From Candidatus Bathyarchaeota archaeon (GTDB lineage Archaea; Thermoproteota; Bathyarchaeia; 40CM-2-53-6): DNA of 64,000 nt. Of this stretch, positions 10,459 through 18,735 are shown one piece after another (position 1 is the stretch's first letter; each line of letters starts with the position of its first letter). The notes under the pieces were generated by a model. That model did no database searches. It saw nothing but the letters and a program-made list of their open reading frames with translations, and was not told the origin of the DNA. The DNA lies in contig VBAW01000019.1 of the NCBI GenBank assembly GCA_005888635.1, positions 18,776 through 82,775 of the forward strand, in the 5' to 3' direction. Made by a program: the position numbers and the translations under genes.

Positions 10459-11121
10459 TCATCGTTTCGAAGGCATGCCGAGCATGTGCGCGAACAGCTT
10501 GCGTTCTGCCTTCCTTCTATGGATGACCAGAGTCGGCTCACGGATACCCAGTTTCCTGGCAAGCGCCTCAGAACCTATCTTACGGGGAAAGTCATAGTAT
10601 CCGTTTTTGAAAGCATCGATGATGACAGTCTTCTGCTTCTCCGTCAGGAGCCCAAGGGGCGAATTGAGCGAGAAGACTGCATCAGCTAGAAGAACGATCT
10701 TGGGGTGTAGTCCCACCTTTTGAAGGGTCTTGAGGAAGATCCTAAGACTCCTAGTATTCCCCAACAGTGTGATTCTGAGCCGTCCATCTCTAACTTCATA
10801 CGGAGTGGAAAGGTATCCTCCAGGAACAGACGACACAATGCTGAGAAGGCGGCGTATCGGGCGTTTTCTGTAGAAGCAGACGTAAGTGTCAGCGGCTTCC
10901 TGCTGCAGGACACTTACCTCTTCGGATGGGTGGGTAAAAACGTCCGTGATGCTTGCTGCTGGATCGTTGAGCTGAACTCTGCAGATCTCAACGATCTCAT
11001 TAGGAGTGCTCTTGAGAAACGTTAGGACCTCTAAAGACCTGATATGGTCGTCGAATCTGTGGGATTTCCCCAATGCCTTGGTAATGTCTGCGGCGGTTAG
11101 TTCGACTGTTATCCTGCGCAT
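10459..11121 (-). CDS. HTH_10 (bacterio-opsin activator-type) transcriptional regulator
   Basis: C-terminal LTEKQKTVIIDAFKNGYYDFPRKIGSEALARKLGIREPTLVIHRRKAERKL is a typical Bat-like HTH. Confidence 0.7.
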   Translation of the reverse strand: MRRITVELTAADITKALGKSHRFDDHIRSLEVLTFLKSTPNEIVEICRVQLNDPAASITDVFTHPSEEVSVLQQEAADTYVCFYRKRPIRRLLSIVSSVPGGYLSTPYEVRDGRLRITLLGNTRSLRIFLKTLQKVGLHPKIVLLADAVFSLNSPLGLLTEKQKTVIIDAFKNGYYDFPRKIGSEALARKLGIREPTLVIHRRKAERKLFAHMLGMPSKR

Positions 11122-11217
11122 CGGAAGCTGGAATGCTGTCCGGGTATACGGGCTTTGCCCCTGAAGCTATCGTAATAGCCTTAACGCTAATCCGTCCGCA
11201 ACGGGCACGTTCAATGT

Positions 11218-11973
11218 GTGGCTGCCGTTCGGCGAACTGTAGAACGGATCATCGAATCCGACCCGACAATTAGGACCGGCCTCCAACGAGGCATAATCAA
11301 TTCGAGAGCACTTTCCAGATACATTCTGGAGAATTGCGCCGTGGATTCGACGCCTGATGCGGTCCTTGGGATTCTCAGACGCTATCCGCTAGACGGCTGG
11401 AGAGAGGACGGCAATCGACTAGTCCTCAAGGATTGCAATATCTCGATGCGGAGTGGAATGGCCTACTTGACGATTGAGAACGCCCCGGATATCATGAAGA
11501 GGGTAGCCGAGTTCACAAGCACGATTAGGTCGATGAGGGGCGAAATTTTCAGAGTCATAGTTGGTTCAGATTCAGTTCGGGTGATAGCCGGCCAAGAAGC
11601 TCTCAACAATTTTAGACAGAGTTTTCGGCCCAGAGAGATTATCAGCTATTCCCCCGAACTCGCCGAGATTTGTCTTCTGCTTCCCTTCGGGACGGAGAGA
11701 CTGGGAGAGATTGCTACCGCGATGACTGCTCAGTTGACGCTGAATAGGATCAGTCTTGTTGGGATCCTGGTCTGTCCACCAGAAGACATTATCATAGTGT
11801 CCGAGATTGACGCATCTCGAGCCTTCGAATCTCTGCAGTGTCTGCTGAGAGAGGAAGCTCAGAACCATAGTCGCAAGGCCCGGGCATTGAAGAATGGCTT
11901 CCCGAGGCCAGACAAGCTTCGAGAGATTCTGCGACTTGATGATTCCATCATGAGTCCAATCTTGGCGGCCTGA
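11218..11973 (+). CDS. Hypothetical protein, possible wHTH regulator with C-terminal ACT-like domain
   Basis: 251-aa ORF, divergent from the HTH_10 gene. The domain assignment is tentative. Confidence 0.4.
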   Translation: MAAVRRTVERIIESDPTIRTGLQRGIINSRALSRYILENCAVDSTPDAVLGILRRYPLDGWREDGNRLVLKDCNISMRSGMAYLTIENAPDIMKRVAEFTSTIRSMRGEIFRVIVGSDSVRVIAGQEALNNFRQSFRPREIISYSPELAEICLLLPFGTERLGEIATAMTAQLTLNRISLVGILVCPPEDIIIVSEIDASRAFESLQCLLREEAQNHSRKARALKNGFPRPDKLREILRLDDSIMSPILAA

Positions 11974-12444
11974 GCGAAGTCTGACCGCTCTATGCGCACG
12001 AGTCGATCCGAATCTGGAACGCTTGCGGACTTTTGTGCTATCCTTTGGCCAGCTGACGCTCTGGTTGTCGGAAGGTGCCGGGAATGACCTCCTTCTTACG
12101 GTTCGCGAAGAGCGATGAGAAGCCTGCCCGACCCGCACCAGTAGAGTAGCCGCTGATAAGAGATCCCAAAGAGTGGTCTTGTGTCGCGAGAAAGTTTTTT
12201 TTGTAAATCATGGTTGGTGATCCTATTTCTTGTCTGAAACCGTTTCTCCAAGAGATTCCTTGGATTGTAGCTCAGAATAGCCGAATTAGCAATTTTCAAT
12301 GTGCGTAGTGGCGGCATCATCCCGGCGTAAACTCGGGATAATATGGAACACCCTCCCAGATCCCGGATCAGGGCTTATTGTGCGCCCGTCTCGTTTGAAG
12401 GGATTTAGCAACTCTTTTTTGCCCGGCCAAGCCCTCATAAGACA

Positions 12445-12738
12445 TTGTTCGTTTGTCAAAACCCTTCGCGATCCCACCCTGCACTACTCGTGTTGCTAGC
12501 AGTGTTCTTCATCTCACTGATCCTCAGCTTATGGGGCGGAGCGCTGTTTCCAATTTTTACAACACTAATCGGGGGTGTGCTGGTCGGGACGGCAGTTGCG
12601 TTCCTGATACTGTACACGCTAGTCTGGCTGGCACGAAAAATCTACGCGCGACTGAGTATACCTTTCCAAGGCGCTAACAGTCTTACTCTCCATCCGAACA
12701 ATAGCAGTTCGAAGTCGAGCCGCATTCCCGCATTCTGA
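12445..12738 (+). CDS. Small membrane protein
   Basis: 97 aa with two long hydrophobic segments. Confidence 0.35.
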   Translation: MFVCQNPSRSHPALLVLLAVFFISLILSLWGGALFPIFTTLIGGVLVGTAVAFLILYTLVWLARKIYARLSIPFQGANSLTLHPNNSSSKSSRIPAF

Positions 12739-12756
12739 TGGGATGAGCCCGCTCCA

Positions 12757-13248
12757 TCAAACTGCATGCTGATTCTTCGTTTTCGACTTCAACGCTTCAA
12801 GCTCTGCCTTTAGGGCCTCTATCTCTTTCTCTTTCTCTGCTAGTGCACGTTCAAATGTCTCGACATAGCCGGAGACTTCTCCCTCAAGTTGGGGGATGAG
12901 GGTTCTCGATATCGTGGGTAACTGATCCATCTTTGTTCGAGTGAGTTGCTCGACCAGTTGCCTGATTCTTTCAAGATACTTCCTCACGCTCTCGGATGGT
13001 TCGTACAGCTTCCTCAACTGGTCTTGACGTCTTAGCATCATTTCGCTGACTTCGGTTATTCTTTGGATAGACCTGTACAATCCTGTTGTTGGATCTGTAA
13101 CCTTCATTATCTCTTTCAGTCTACGATTCGCCTCTTCGACAGCCAGGAATAGTTGAGGCTCAACGAATGGTGCCAATCTGGCAGGCTTCTTTTCGTCTTC
13201 CTTTTTCCTCTCAGTCATTGCCGAGCGAGGGCACTTGCCCTGCTTCAA
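12757..13248 (-). CDS. Coiled-coil protein
   Basis: 163 aa, heptad-rich with a C-terminal EKEKEIEALKAELEALKSK segment. Confidence 0.45.
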   Translation of the reverse strand: MKQGKCPRSAMTERKKEDEKKPARLAPFVEPQLFLAVEEANRRLKEIMKVTDPTTGLYRSIQRITEVSEMMLRRQDQLRKLYEPSESVRKYLERIRQLVEQLTRTKMDQLPTISRTLIPQLEGEVSGYVETFERALAEKEKEIEALKAELEALKSKTKNQHAV

Positions 13249-13445
13249 AGTTCTTTCGGTCTCTCGAAATGGAATGCCTACTCCGTTCGCCTCCTAGCCC
13301 TCAGAAATCATTCAGAAAACTAGAGATGACATAACCGGAGTTCGTGAGGCTCCCGGGACCCGCTCGTCCTCTGCACTGTGACCAAGAGCCAAGAACTGCC
13401 TGAAGAATTCATATAAGAAACTCCAACATCCGGACCCATGAAGTT

Positions 13446-13988
13446 ATGACAATGTCAAAGAAACAAGCCAAGGCGAAATCCGCCAAGAAGACAACGAAGA
13501 AACCCACTCATGCCATTGCAAAGAAGAAGACTGCTCTTGCCGTTAAGGAGCCTCAAGCCGGTTGGATTGAAGAGTTCAACAGACTGTCAGAACCATTCCG
13601 CTTGATCCCCTGGGACCCGTTCAGAGGATTCGAGTGGCCCGTTGAGATCGAGCTGCCGACGCGGGTTCCCTACGTTGATGTTATCGACTCTGGCAACGAG
13701 TATCTGGTAAAGGCAGAGGTTCCGGGGCTGAAGAAAGAGACTTTGAAAATTGACGTGGGGCCGAACGAGCTGTCACTGAGCGCTGAATCTGACGTTGAGA
13801 AGGAGGAAGTTGGGAAGACCTACTTGCATCGGGAGAGAGCTTTCTCCACATTCCGTAGAAACATAGGCTTTGCAGAAAGCGTAGACGCTGAAAAAGTGTC
13901 AGCAAAAATGTCTGAAGGCATACTCGCAATAACACTTCCCAAGCTAGAACCCAGGGCTGAAAAGAAAACCAAAACACTAACGTTGTAA
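13446..13988 (+). CDS. Small heat shock protein Hsp20 / alpha-crystallin family
   Basis: The alpha-crystallin domain VDVIDSGNEYLVKAEVPGLKKETLKIDV...GILAITLPK sits after a Lys-rich N-terminal extension. A TATA-like CATATAAG lies about 35 nt upstream. Confidence 0.85.
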   Translation: MTMSKKQAKAKSAKKTTKKPTHAIAKKKTALAVKEPQAGWIEEFNRLSEPFRLIPWDPFRGFEWPVEIELPTRVPYVDVIDSGNEYLVKAEVPGLKKETLKIDVGPNELSLSAESDVEKEEVGKTYLHRERAFSTFRRNIGFAESVDAEKVSAKMSEGILAITLPKLEPRAEKKTKTLTL

Positions 13989-14142
13989 AGACGTTACTCT
14001 GCCCCGGCGGAATGGGCAATTGCTGAACTGAGTCAGCGTGCTCCGACCTCGCATTCTCCTGATTCGACATAGGGTTATTTTTAAAGAAGGCTTATAAGCG
14101 AGTAACACCTATTACATGTTAGTAACAAAAAAAAGCACCCAT

Positions 14143-14307
14143 GCGAACCAATATGAGATTCCCAACCGTCAGCCCCGGACTGTTCCAAGGTCCTCGCTTT
14201 TCTGAGAGAACGCCCAGTTTTGTGCGAGAAGCCCATCAGCTCAGGCTCACTCTGAAACCGATTCCCCGGATCATCGACCATCGGTCCGGGTTCGTCAATT
14301 AGCGTGG
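14143..14307 (+). pseudogene. Truncated paralogue (54 codons) of the Lrp/AsnC RAM-domain gene at 16095, with a duplicated promoter region
   Basis: MRTNMRFPT versus MQTNMNFPT. The upstream CTTATAAGCGAGTAACACCTATTAC is near-identical to CTTATATGCAAGTAACATCCATTAC at 16033. Confidence 0.3.
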
Positions 14308-14444
14308 CTCCCCAAGAGCGTTTCTCCCGTATACTTGGGGAGACCACCGCTAGACAAGGCGGAGAAAGGTAGCTCCTTCAGAATACTTCTGTTTCCAACT
14401 TCAACCTTTCCCCTAAGGCGTCTAGAGAACTCTGACAGCTGCGA

Positions 14445-15074
14445 TTGGAGGCGATTGTGGAAGGTACCAACAGACCTATCCGAACGGTCAGCTTGACTGT
14501 CCCACCGCCTACCAGTGGTATCCCTTTGCCTACGAAGTTAAACCGGCTATTCCGATTGTACTCCATGCAAAGAAATACTCCTAACGCCGATCGCATGCCT
14601 AAGCGGGATCTCGCCATGGCAATGACTAGGCCCCACTTGGAACTAGTCGAAACAGCGAGAGACAGAATCACTATCGTCGCAGACTTCCCTCATCTCAGCC
14701 CAGCCATACTCTTCGACTACTGGACAAGAACCGATCTGCTCAAGAAATGGTGGCCTCCAACGGCAGAGCTACAGCCAGAGGTAGGTGGAACATTTCATTT
14801 TTCCTGGCCCAGACAAGACTGGCATCTCCGGGGCCAGTTCACCATGTTCGACAGAGGGAAGAGGCTCGGATTCACGTGGAAGTGGGACCATGAAGCCATC
14901 GACGTAACCAGGGTCACAGTACTCTTCCGCCCAATGCCAAACGGGGGAACAGAGCTCACCCTTCACCATGAAGGCTACTCGAAAAGCTCGGAGGCGAAAA
15001 AGACAAGGGACGAACACATCGAAGGCTGGACTTTCTTTCTGAGGAAGCTCCAAGAGCAAGGTCAGGAACCGTAA
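14445..15074 (+). CDS. SRPBCC superfamily protein (AHSA1 / activator-of-Hsp90-ATPase-like domain)
   Basis: The C-terminal 140 aa carry the WTRTDLLKKWW...LTLHHEGYS pattern of the AHSA1/SRPBCC fold. The real start is likely an internal Met near 14608. Confidence 0.6.
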   Translation: MEAIVEGTNRPIRTVSLTVPPPTSGIPLPTKLNRLFRLYSMQRNTPNADRMPKRDLAMAMTRPHLELVETARDRITIVADFPHLSPAILFDYWTRTDLLKKWWPPTAELQPEVGGTFHFSWPRQDWHLRGQFTMFDRGKRLGFTWKWDHEAIDVTRVTVLFRPMPNGGTELTLHHEGYSKSSEAKKTRDEHIEGWTFFLRKLQEQGQEP

Positions 15075-15293
15075 AGCCTTCTGCAGGCTAGCAAGCCAAT
15101 CCTCCTGAAGACGGTGCTCTCACCTTTGAAACGGAGAGTCCTCGATTTACCCAGAAAACTCTACGCGTCACCAAGCCTAGCTAGGAAGATTCGCTTCTCC
15201 GTTTCCATACGAGTCTCGGATAGACCCTGTGTGTGTCAGTGTCGTGACTGGTGTACTTCTCAGCGGTCTCCCGCAGATGCACCAATTCGAAGC

Positions 15294-15542
15294 TCATTCT
15301 CTTGGCATGGGGCCTTGTATCTCTCGTTGTAGAACGTCATAGGCGAGGGGTCCATCCTTGTCGTCGACGACCACTATGATGTCGCCGTAGCCTAGAAACG
15401 CGTCCAGAATTTTTACGCCGTTTCTGAACAATAGTTCAGTGATGTAGGATGCTATTCCTGGAGTCATCTCGGCGTGCGGCGACAGGTTGAGTACGACTTT
15501 GGCCACGTTTGTCTGTGCAGCCGCTTCCCGGAGATGCTCCAT
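15294..15542 (-). CDS. ACT-like small domain protein
   Basis: 82-aa beta-alpha-beta-beta-alpha-beta-like ORF (VVLNLSPHAEMTPGIASYITELLFRNGVKILDAF). Confidence 0.35.
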   Translation of the reverse strand: MEHLREAAAQTNVAKVVLNLSPHAEMTPGIASYITELLFRNGVKILDAFLGYGDIIVVVDDKDGPLAYDVLQREIQGPMPRE

Positions 15543-15580
15543 TTTTCCGTGGACGAGGGCGTAGTCCTCGGCGGGGAGAA

Positions 15581-15982
15581 TCAGCTTGATCGAGTTTGAG
15601 AGGGGGAAGATGTGGGGGAACTCTGAGAGTTCGCCTGCGGCGTTGATAATTCTTTGACTATGGTAAAGAACTGGTTTCGTGGTGTTCTAATCGTCACGTC
15701 TACTATGCCGCTTGAAAGGGAGATTCTCGCGTCTTTGAGGACTCTGGCCGCGTCAGGGCTTTTGTCGTTGGCGAGGGTGTCCGAGAATCTCTTGATCGCG
15801 ACAACTAGCGTGTTGACGCTCGGCTCTTTCCCGCTCAGTTGTTGGACCTGGGGTTGGATGAATTCTGCGAGGGAGTGGAAGTTCATGAGTTTCATTTTCA
15901 AGCATTGGTAGACGGGGTAGTTTCGGGTTAGAGTCTCGCGTACGGCTTCTGGGACGCTTACGCTGTTTCGGTGGATTGTCAA
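15581..15982 (-). CDS. Hypothetical protein
   Basis: 133-aa ORF with no strong motif. It may belong with the downstream ACT-like ORF. Confidence 0.4.
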   Translation of the reverse strand: MTIHRNSVSVPEAVRETLTRNYPVYQCLKMKLMNFHSLAEFIQPQVQQLSGKEPSVNTLVVAIKRFSDTLANDKSPDAARVLKDARISLSSGIVDVTIRTPRNQFFTIVKELSTPQANSQSSPTSSPSQTRSS

Positions 15983-16045
15983 GCTCCTTTCTCCTTTACA
16001 GTTATGTAATGGAACGTGGGGTCTGTAATAAAAGTCTTATATGCA

Positions 16046-16061
16046 AGTAACATCCATTACT
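16046..16061. promoter_or_regulatory. Palindromic candidate operator AGTAAC-N5-TTACT in the promoter of the Lrp-like gene, repeated at 14101..14115
   Basis: The inverted repeat lies immediately downstream of a TTATAT TATA-like box. The same arrangement is duplicated upstream of the truncated paralogue. Confidence 0.3.
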
Positions 16062-16094
16062 GTATTGCAATAAAATGCAGTAGAAAAACCAACA

Positions 16095-16613
16095 ATGCAA
16101 ACCAATATGAATTTCCCGACCTACGTGTTCGCGACCGTTAATCCGGGCCGCAGCACCAATGTGGTTGAGGAGCTAAAGCGCAACAGCCAGATCGACATCA
16201 TCGCACCGGTCACAGGCAGATACGACCTAGTACTACGCCTCAAGCCGAACACTCCACACAACATCTACCAGACAGTCAAAGAAATCCGTGAGATCAGCGA
16301 CGTACGGACAACCGACACTCACACCGGCTTCGACGGTATTACGCCGAGCAAGAAACTCGAGAACCAAATGGCTCTCGGCTTTTCCTTACTGAACTGTGAG
16401 CACACTACCAGCGAGCAAGTCATCAAGCAGCTCAGCAGCATCCCAGGCTTCGTAGAAGCATCTACGGTACCCGGACAGTTCGACATTGTAGCACTCTGGC
16501 AAGCAAAGACCTCTGAAGAGATTGTGAAGACCTCCGTTGAGAGAGTTAGTCACCTTGATGGTATCTTCAAGAGCGAGACAGTTCTCGCTTACACACCCGT
16601 CTTCAAAGCGTAA
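16095..16613 (+). CDS. Lrp/AsnC-type tandem RAM (ligand-binding) domain protein
   Basis: Two ~75-aa RAM/ACT-like repeats (VFATVNPGRS...IIAPVTGRYDLVLRLK and TVPGQFDIVALWQAKT). Confidence 0.65.
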   Translation: MQTNMNFPTYVFATVNPGRSTNVVEELKRNSQIDIIAPVTGRYDLVLRLKPNTPHNIYQTVKEIREISDVRTTDTHTGFDGITPSKKLENQMALGFSLLNCEHTTSEQVIKQLSSIPGFVEASTVPGQFDIVALWQAKTSEEIVKTSVERVSHLDGIFKSETVLAYTPVFKA

Positions 16614-16640
16614 ATCAAATCCAGTATAGCTCCGTCGACC

Positions 16641-16660
16641 TTCCCCCCTTTTTGCGGGAT
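16641..16660 (+). terminator. Oligo-T archaeal terminator after the Lrp-like gene
   Basis: CCCCCCTTTTTG sits 30 nt after the stop codon. Confidence 0.4.
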
Positions 16661-16878
16661 CCCGAAAGGGATATTCTGTATACGAAAAGATTCGAGTCAC
16701 TAGTTTAACGATCACTCGGAGAGCGAGCACGGGTTCACGAATCCGCCTAACCCATAGGACGGTCCCCCAAGGACTTCTTTCGGGCAGACTTGGGCGGACC
16801 CGCCGAGCGAGACCGAAATGACACATAACAAAATAGATAGAAAAAGGCGAAAAGTTCCGATCTCTAGGCGTACCTGAG

Positions 16879-17355
16879 ATGTCCCTCGACAAACTTGAAA
16901 GAAAGATCGGATTGACTCTTGCGAACAGAAACCTACTAACAGAAGCCTTCACTCACGGGTCCATAAGAGGAAAAACTCAGAGCAAGAATACGGAGACTTA
17001 CCGACGCCTGGAATTCTTGAGCGACGCTGTACTCCGACTCGCAGTGTCGGAATCCGTCTTTAGAGACTCAGATGGCAATGTTGAGAAGCTTCACGATACC
17101 CGCGAGAAGTTCATATCGAATCACTCCCTTGCTGGCGCGGCCGAAGAGCTAGGTTTGTCGAACTATCTGCGCGGGTCAGGCAGCGGGGACGTCATGACCT
17201 CGCAATTGGTTTTTGCACAGCTCTACGAGTCCCTAACCGGAGCCATATTCGTCGACAGAGGCTATGAGACAGCCTCCAAGTTCGTAGAAGAAACCCTAAT
17301 CCGCGAACAACCAGACCGGACACTCGGATCCTCTACCAACAGGCGCGTCCACTGA
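16879..17355 (+). CDS. rnc: Ribonuclease III (short, single RNase III domain)
   Basis: RLEFLSDAVLRL matches the RNase III signature ERLEFLGDA. 158 aa. Confidence 0.8.
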   Translation: MSLDKLERKIGLTLANRNLLTEAFTHGSIRGKTQSKNTETYRRLEFLSDAVLRLAVSESVFRDSDGNVEKLHDTREKFISNHSLAGAAEELGLSNYLRGSGSGDVMTSQLVFAQLYESLTGAIFVDRGYETASKFVEETLIREQPDRTLGSSTNRRVH

Positions 17356-17401
17356 CCAGCAGTTTCGTCCTCGTATCTGAACAACCTCACGCGAGTCATC
17401 T

Positions 17402-17935
17402 CTATTCTTTCTTCAATTGCCCCAAACGTGCTTCATAGTATGCTGCTTTGGCTGCTCGATGAGCCACTCGGTTCTGACTTCTTGGAATCTTCCTCATCTC
17501 AATGAACCGGAAACCGTTCATTAGCGCCTTCGCTTTCTTGTACCATGGGAGCAGTTCACGACCGACTTTCCATACGTCTTTCAATTGGTTGTGGAGGATT
17601 AGGCTGTGTCTGTGTAGACAACGACCTTGTCTTGATCCCGGCTTGTCTCAGACCGTGAAGTAGCTCAATTTTCTTCCGAATCCTCTTCTCCGTGGATGTT
17701 GAACGCAAGAGGGGGCCGAAGTCCTCTTTTGTCGAGACCTTGTGCAAGCAGCTGTAAAGAATTTTCCAAAACTGCGAGGTTCCAGAGTTCCTAGAAACTG
17801 GCGACGAAACCAACGTGTTCTCGCCGTTAGCCAGACAATAGACAACCTCACGAATTTCCCGTGATAGGGACTATCCGTAGCCTCCCAATCGACGAAGTCT
17901 TTCTGGCTCGTGTAAGCATGGGACTCTGCTAGCAA
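17402..17935 (-). pseudogene. Frameshifted type-1 RNase H-like gene remnant
   Basis: Three overlapping minus-strand ORFs lie in different frames. The last ends IPRSQNRVAHRAAKAAYYEAR, resembling the C-terminus of archaeal RNase HI (VPREENKEADRLSRVAYE). Confidence 0.4.
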
Positions 17936-18044
17936 GACGACCCTTACGGTTTCAGGCTTCCAAACTGCCTAAGCCGAGAGACTTCCTCAGCAACCTCGAA
18001 CGAATCAATATCAAGATCCGGATCGATCCTACGTACCCATTCAT

Positions 18045-18245
18045 AGCACTCTCTGAGGTTCATTTCTCTGGCAGACCAGACCGCCATGCGGTTCCTAATC
18101 AGCACTTTCGATCTCGTGTCTGAGCAATAGCCGAAAGCTAGCTCAACCCTACAGATGTCGGGTCAGCGGAGCGACTGGCGCGAACGACTACACGCGAACC
18201 CCTCACGGATGGAACAGGAATTAGCAATCAAACTACAAGAAAACC
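18045..18245 (-). repeat. Island repeat copy G (reverse orientation); its ATG plus 22 conserved codons head ORF 18155..18391
   Basis: The reverse complement matches CTTGTAGTTTGATTGC...GTTCCAT(T/C)CGTGAGGGGTT(G/C)GCGTGTAGTCGTTCGCGCCAGTCGCTCCGCTGACCCGACATCTGTAGGGTTGAGC...CACGAGA. Confidence 0.8.
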
Positions 18246-18735
18246 GAATAAACGTACTTGTATCGGACCATCGTTCTGCCTGCTACTCTTTGGTCTGGTC
18301 GCGAGTGGTAGAGAGACCTGGGGACCCTTTTGCCAGCTTGGATTTGGCGGTGCTGGGCTCGGCCCATGTTGTGTCTAGGCTTAGCTGTTGAGGTCGCGTA
18401 ACATCTGATGTTGTTGGTTCTGGTTGGACCCATGTGAGGTTCTTGCGAACTGTTGGCGTGGGTAGTCCTGGTCTCGCGTCGTTGACTCCTTTGTCTGGTG
18501 GAGGTAGTGGTCCTTCTCGGGTCTTGTTTTTTGTCATTCTCTCACCTCGTTCCCGTTTCTCCCAATGACGATCTTCCGGAGAGGGTCTCTTGCTTGGGCT
18601 TGGTTCCTTCATGCCATTGTTGTAGCCAGCAGCGTGTTTCTTCTTCAGTCGGCAGCTGGTCCGGACGGAGAACTGCTAGAAAGGTTATCTCAATCTGTGG
18701 GATCGAGTCTCAAACGCTAGGTCGAGAGTGCACAA

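Noticed and set aside
11572-12138. 188-aa minus-strand ORF
   Set aside because: It overlaps 11218..11973 by 400 nt and has an Arg/Ser-rich low-complexity translation, so it is likely a shadow ORF.
12255-12340. Possible tRNA: the tRNA D-arm hallmark TAGCTCAG at 12267-12274 in a 450-bp intergenic gap
   Set aside because: No matching D-stem return (GAGC), no anticodon or T-arm (GGTTCGAATCC-like) could be built, and no 7-bp acceptor pairing was found. It may be a tRNA fragment or a chance occurrence.
16690-16860. Candidate structured ncRNA or tRNA (GGGTTCACGAATCC resembles a T-arm)
   Set aside because: No cloverleaf could be assembled, and no C/D or H/ACA box spacing is present. I kept it only as a possible rnc leader in the findings.
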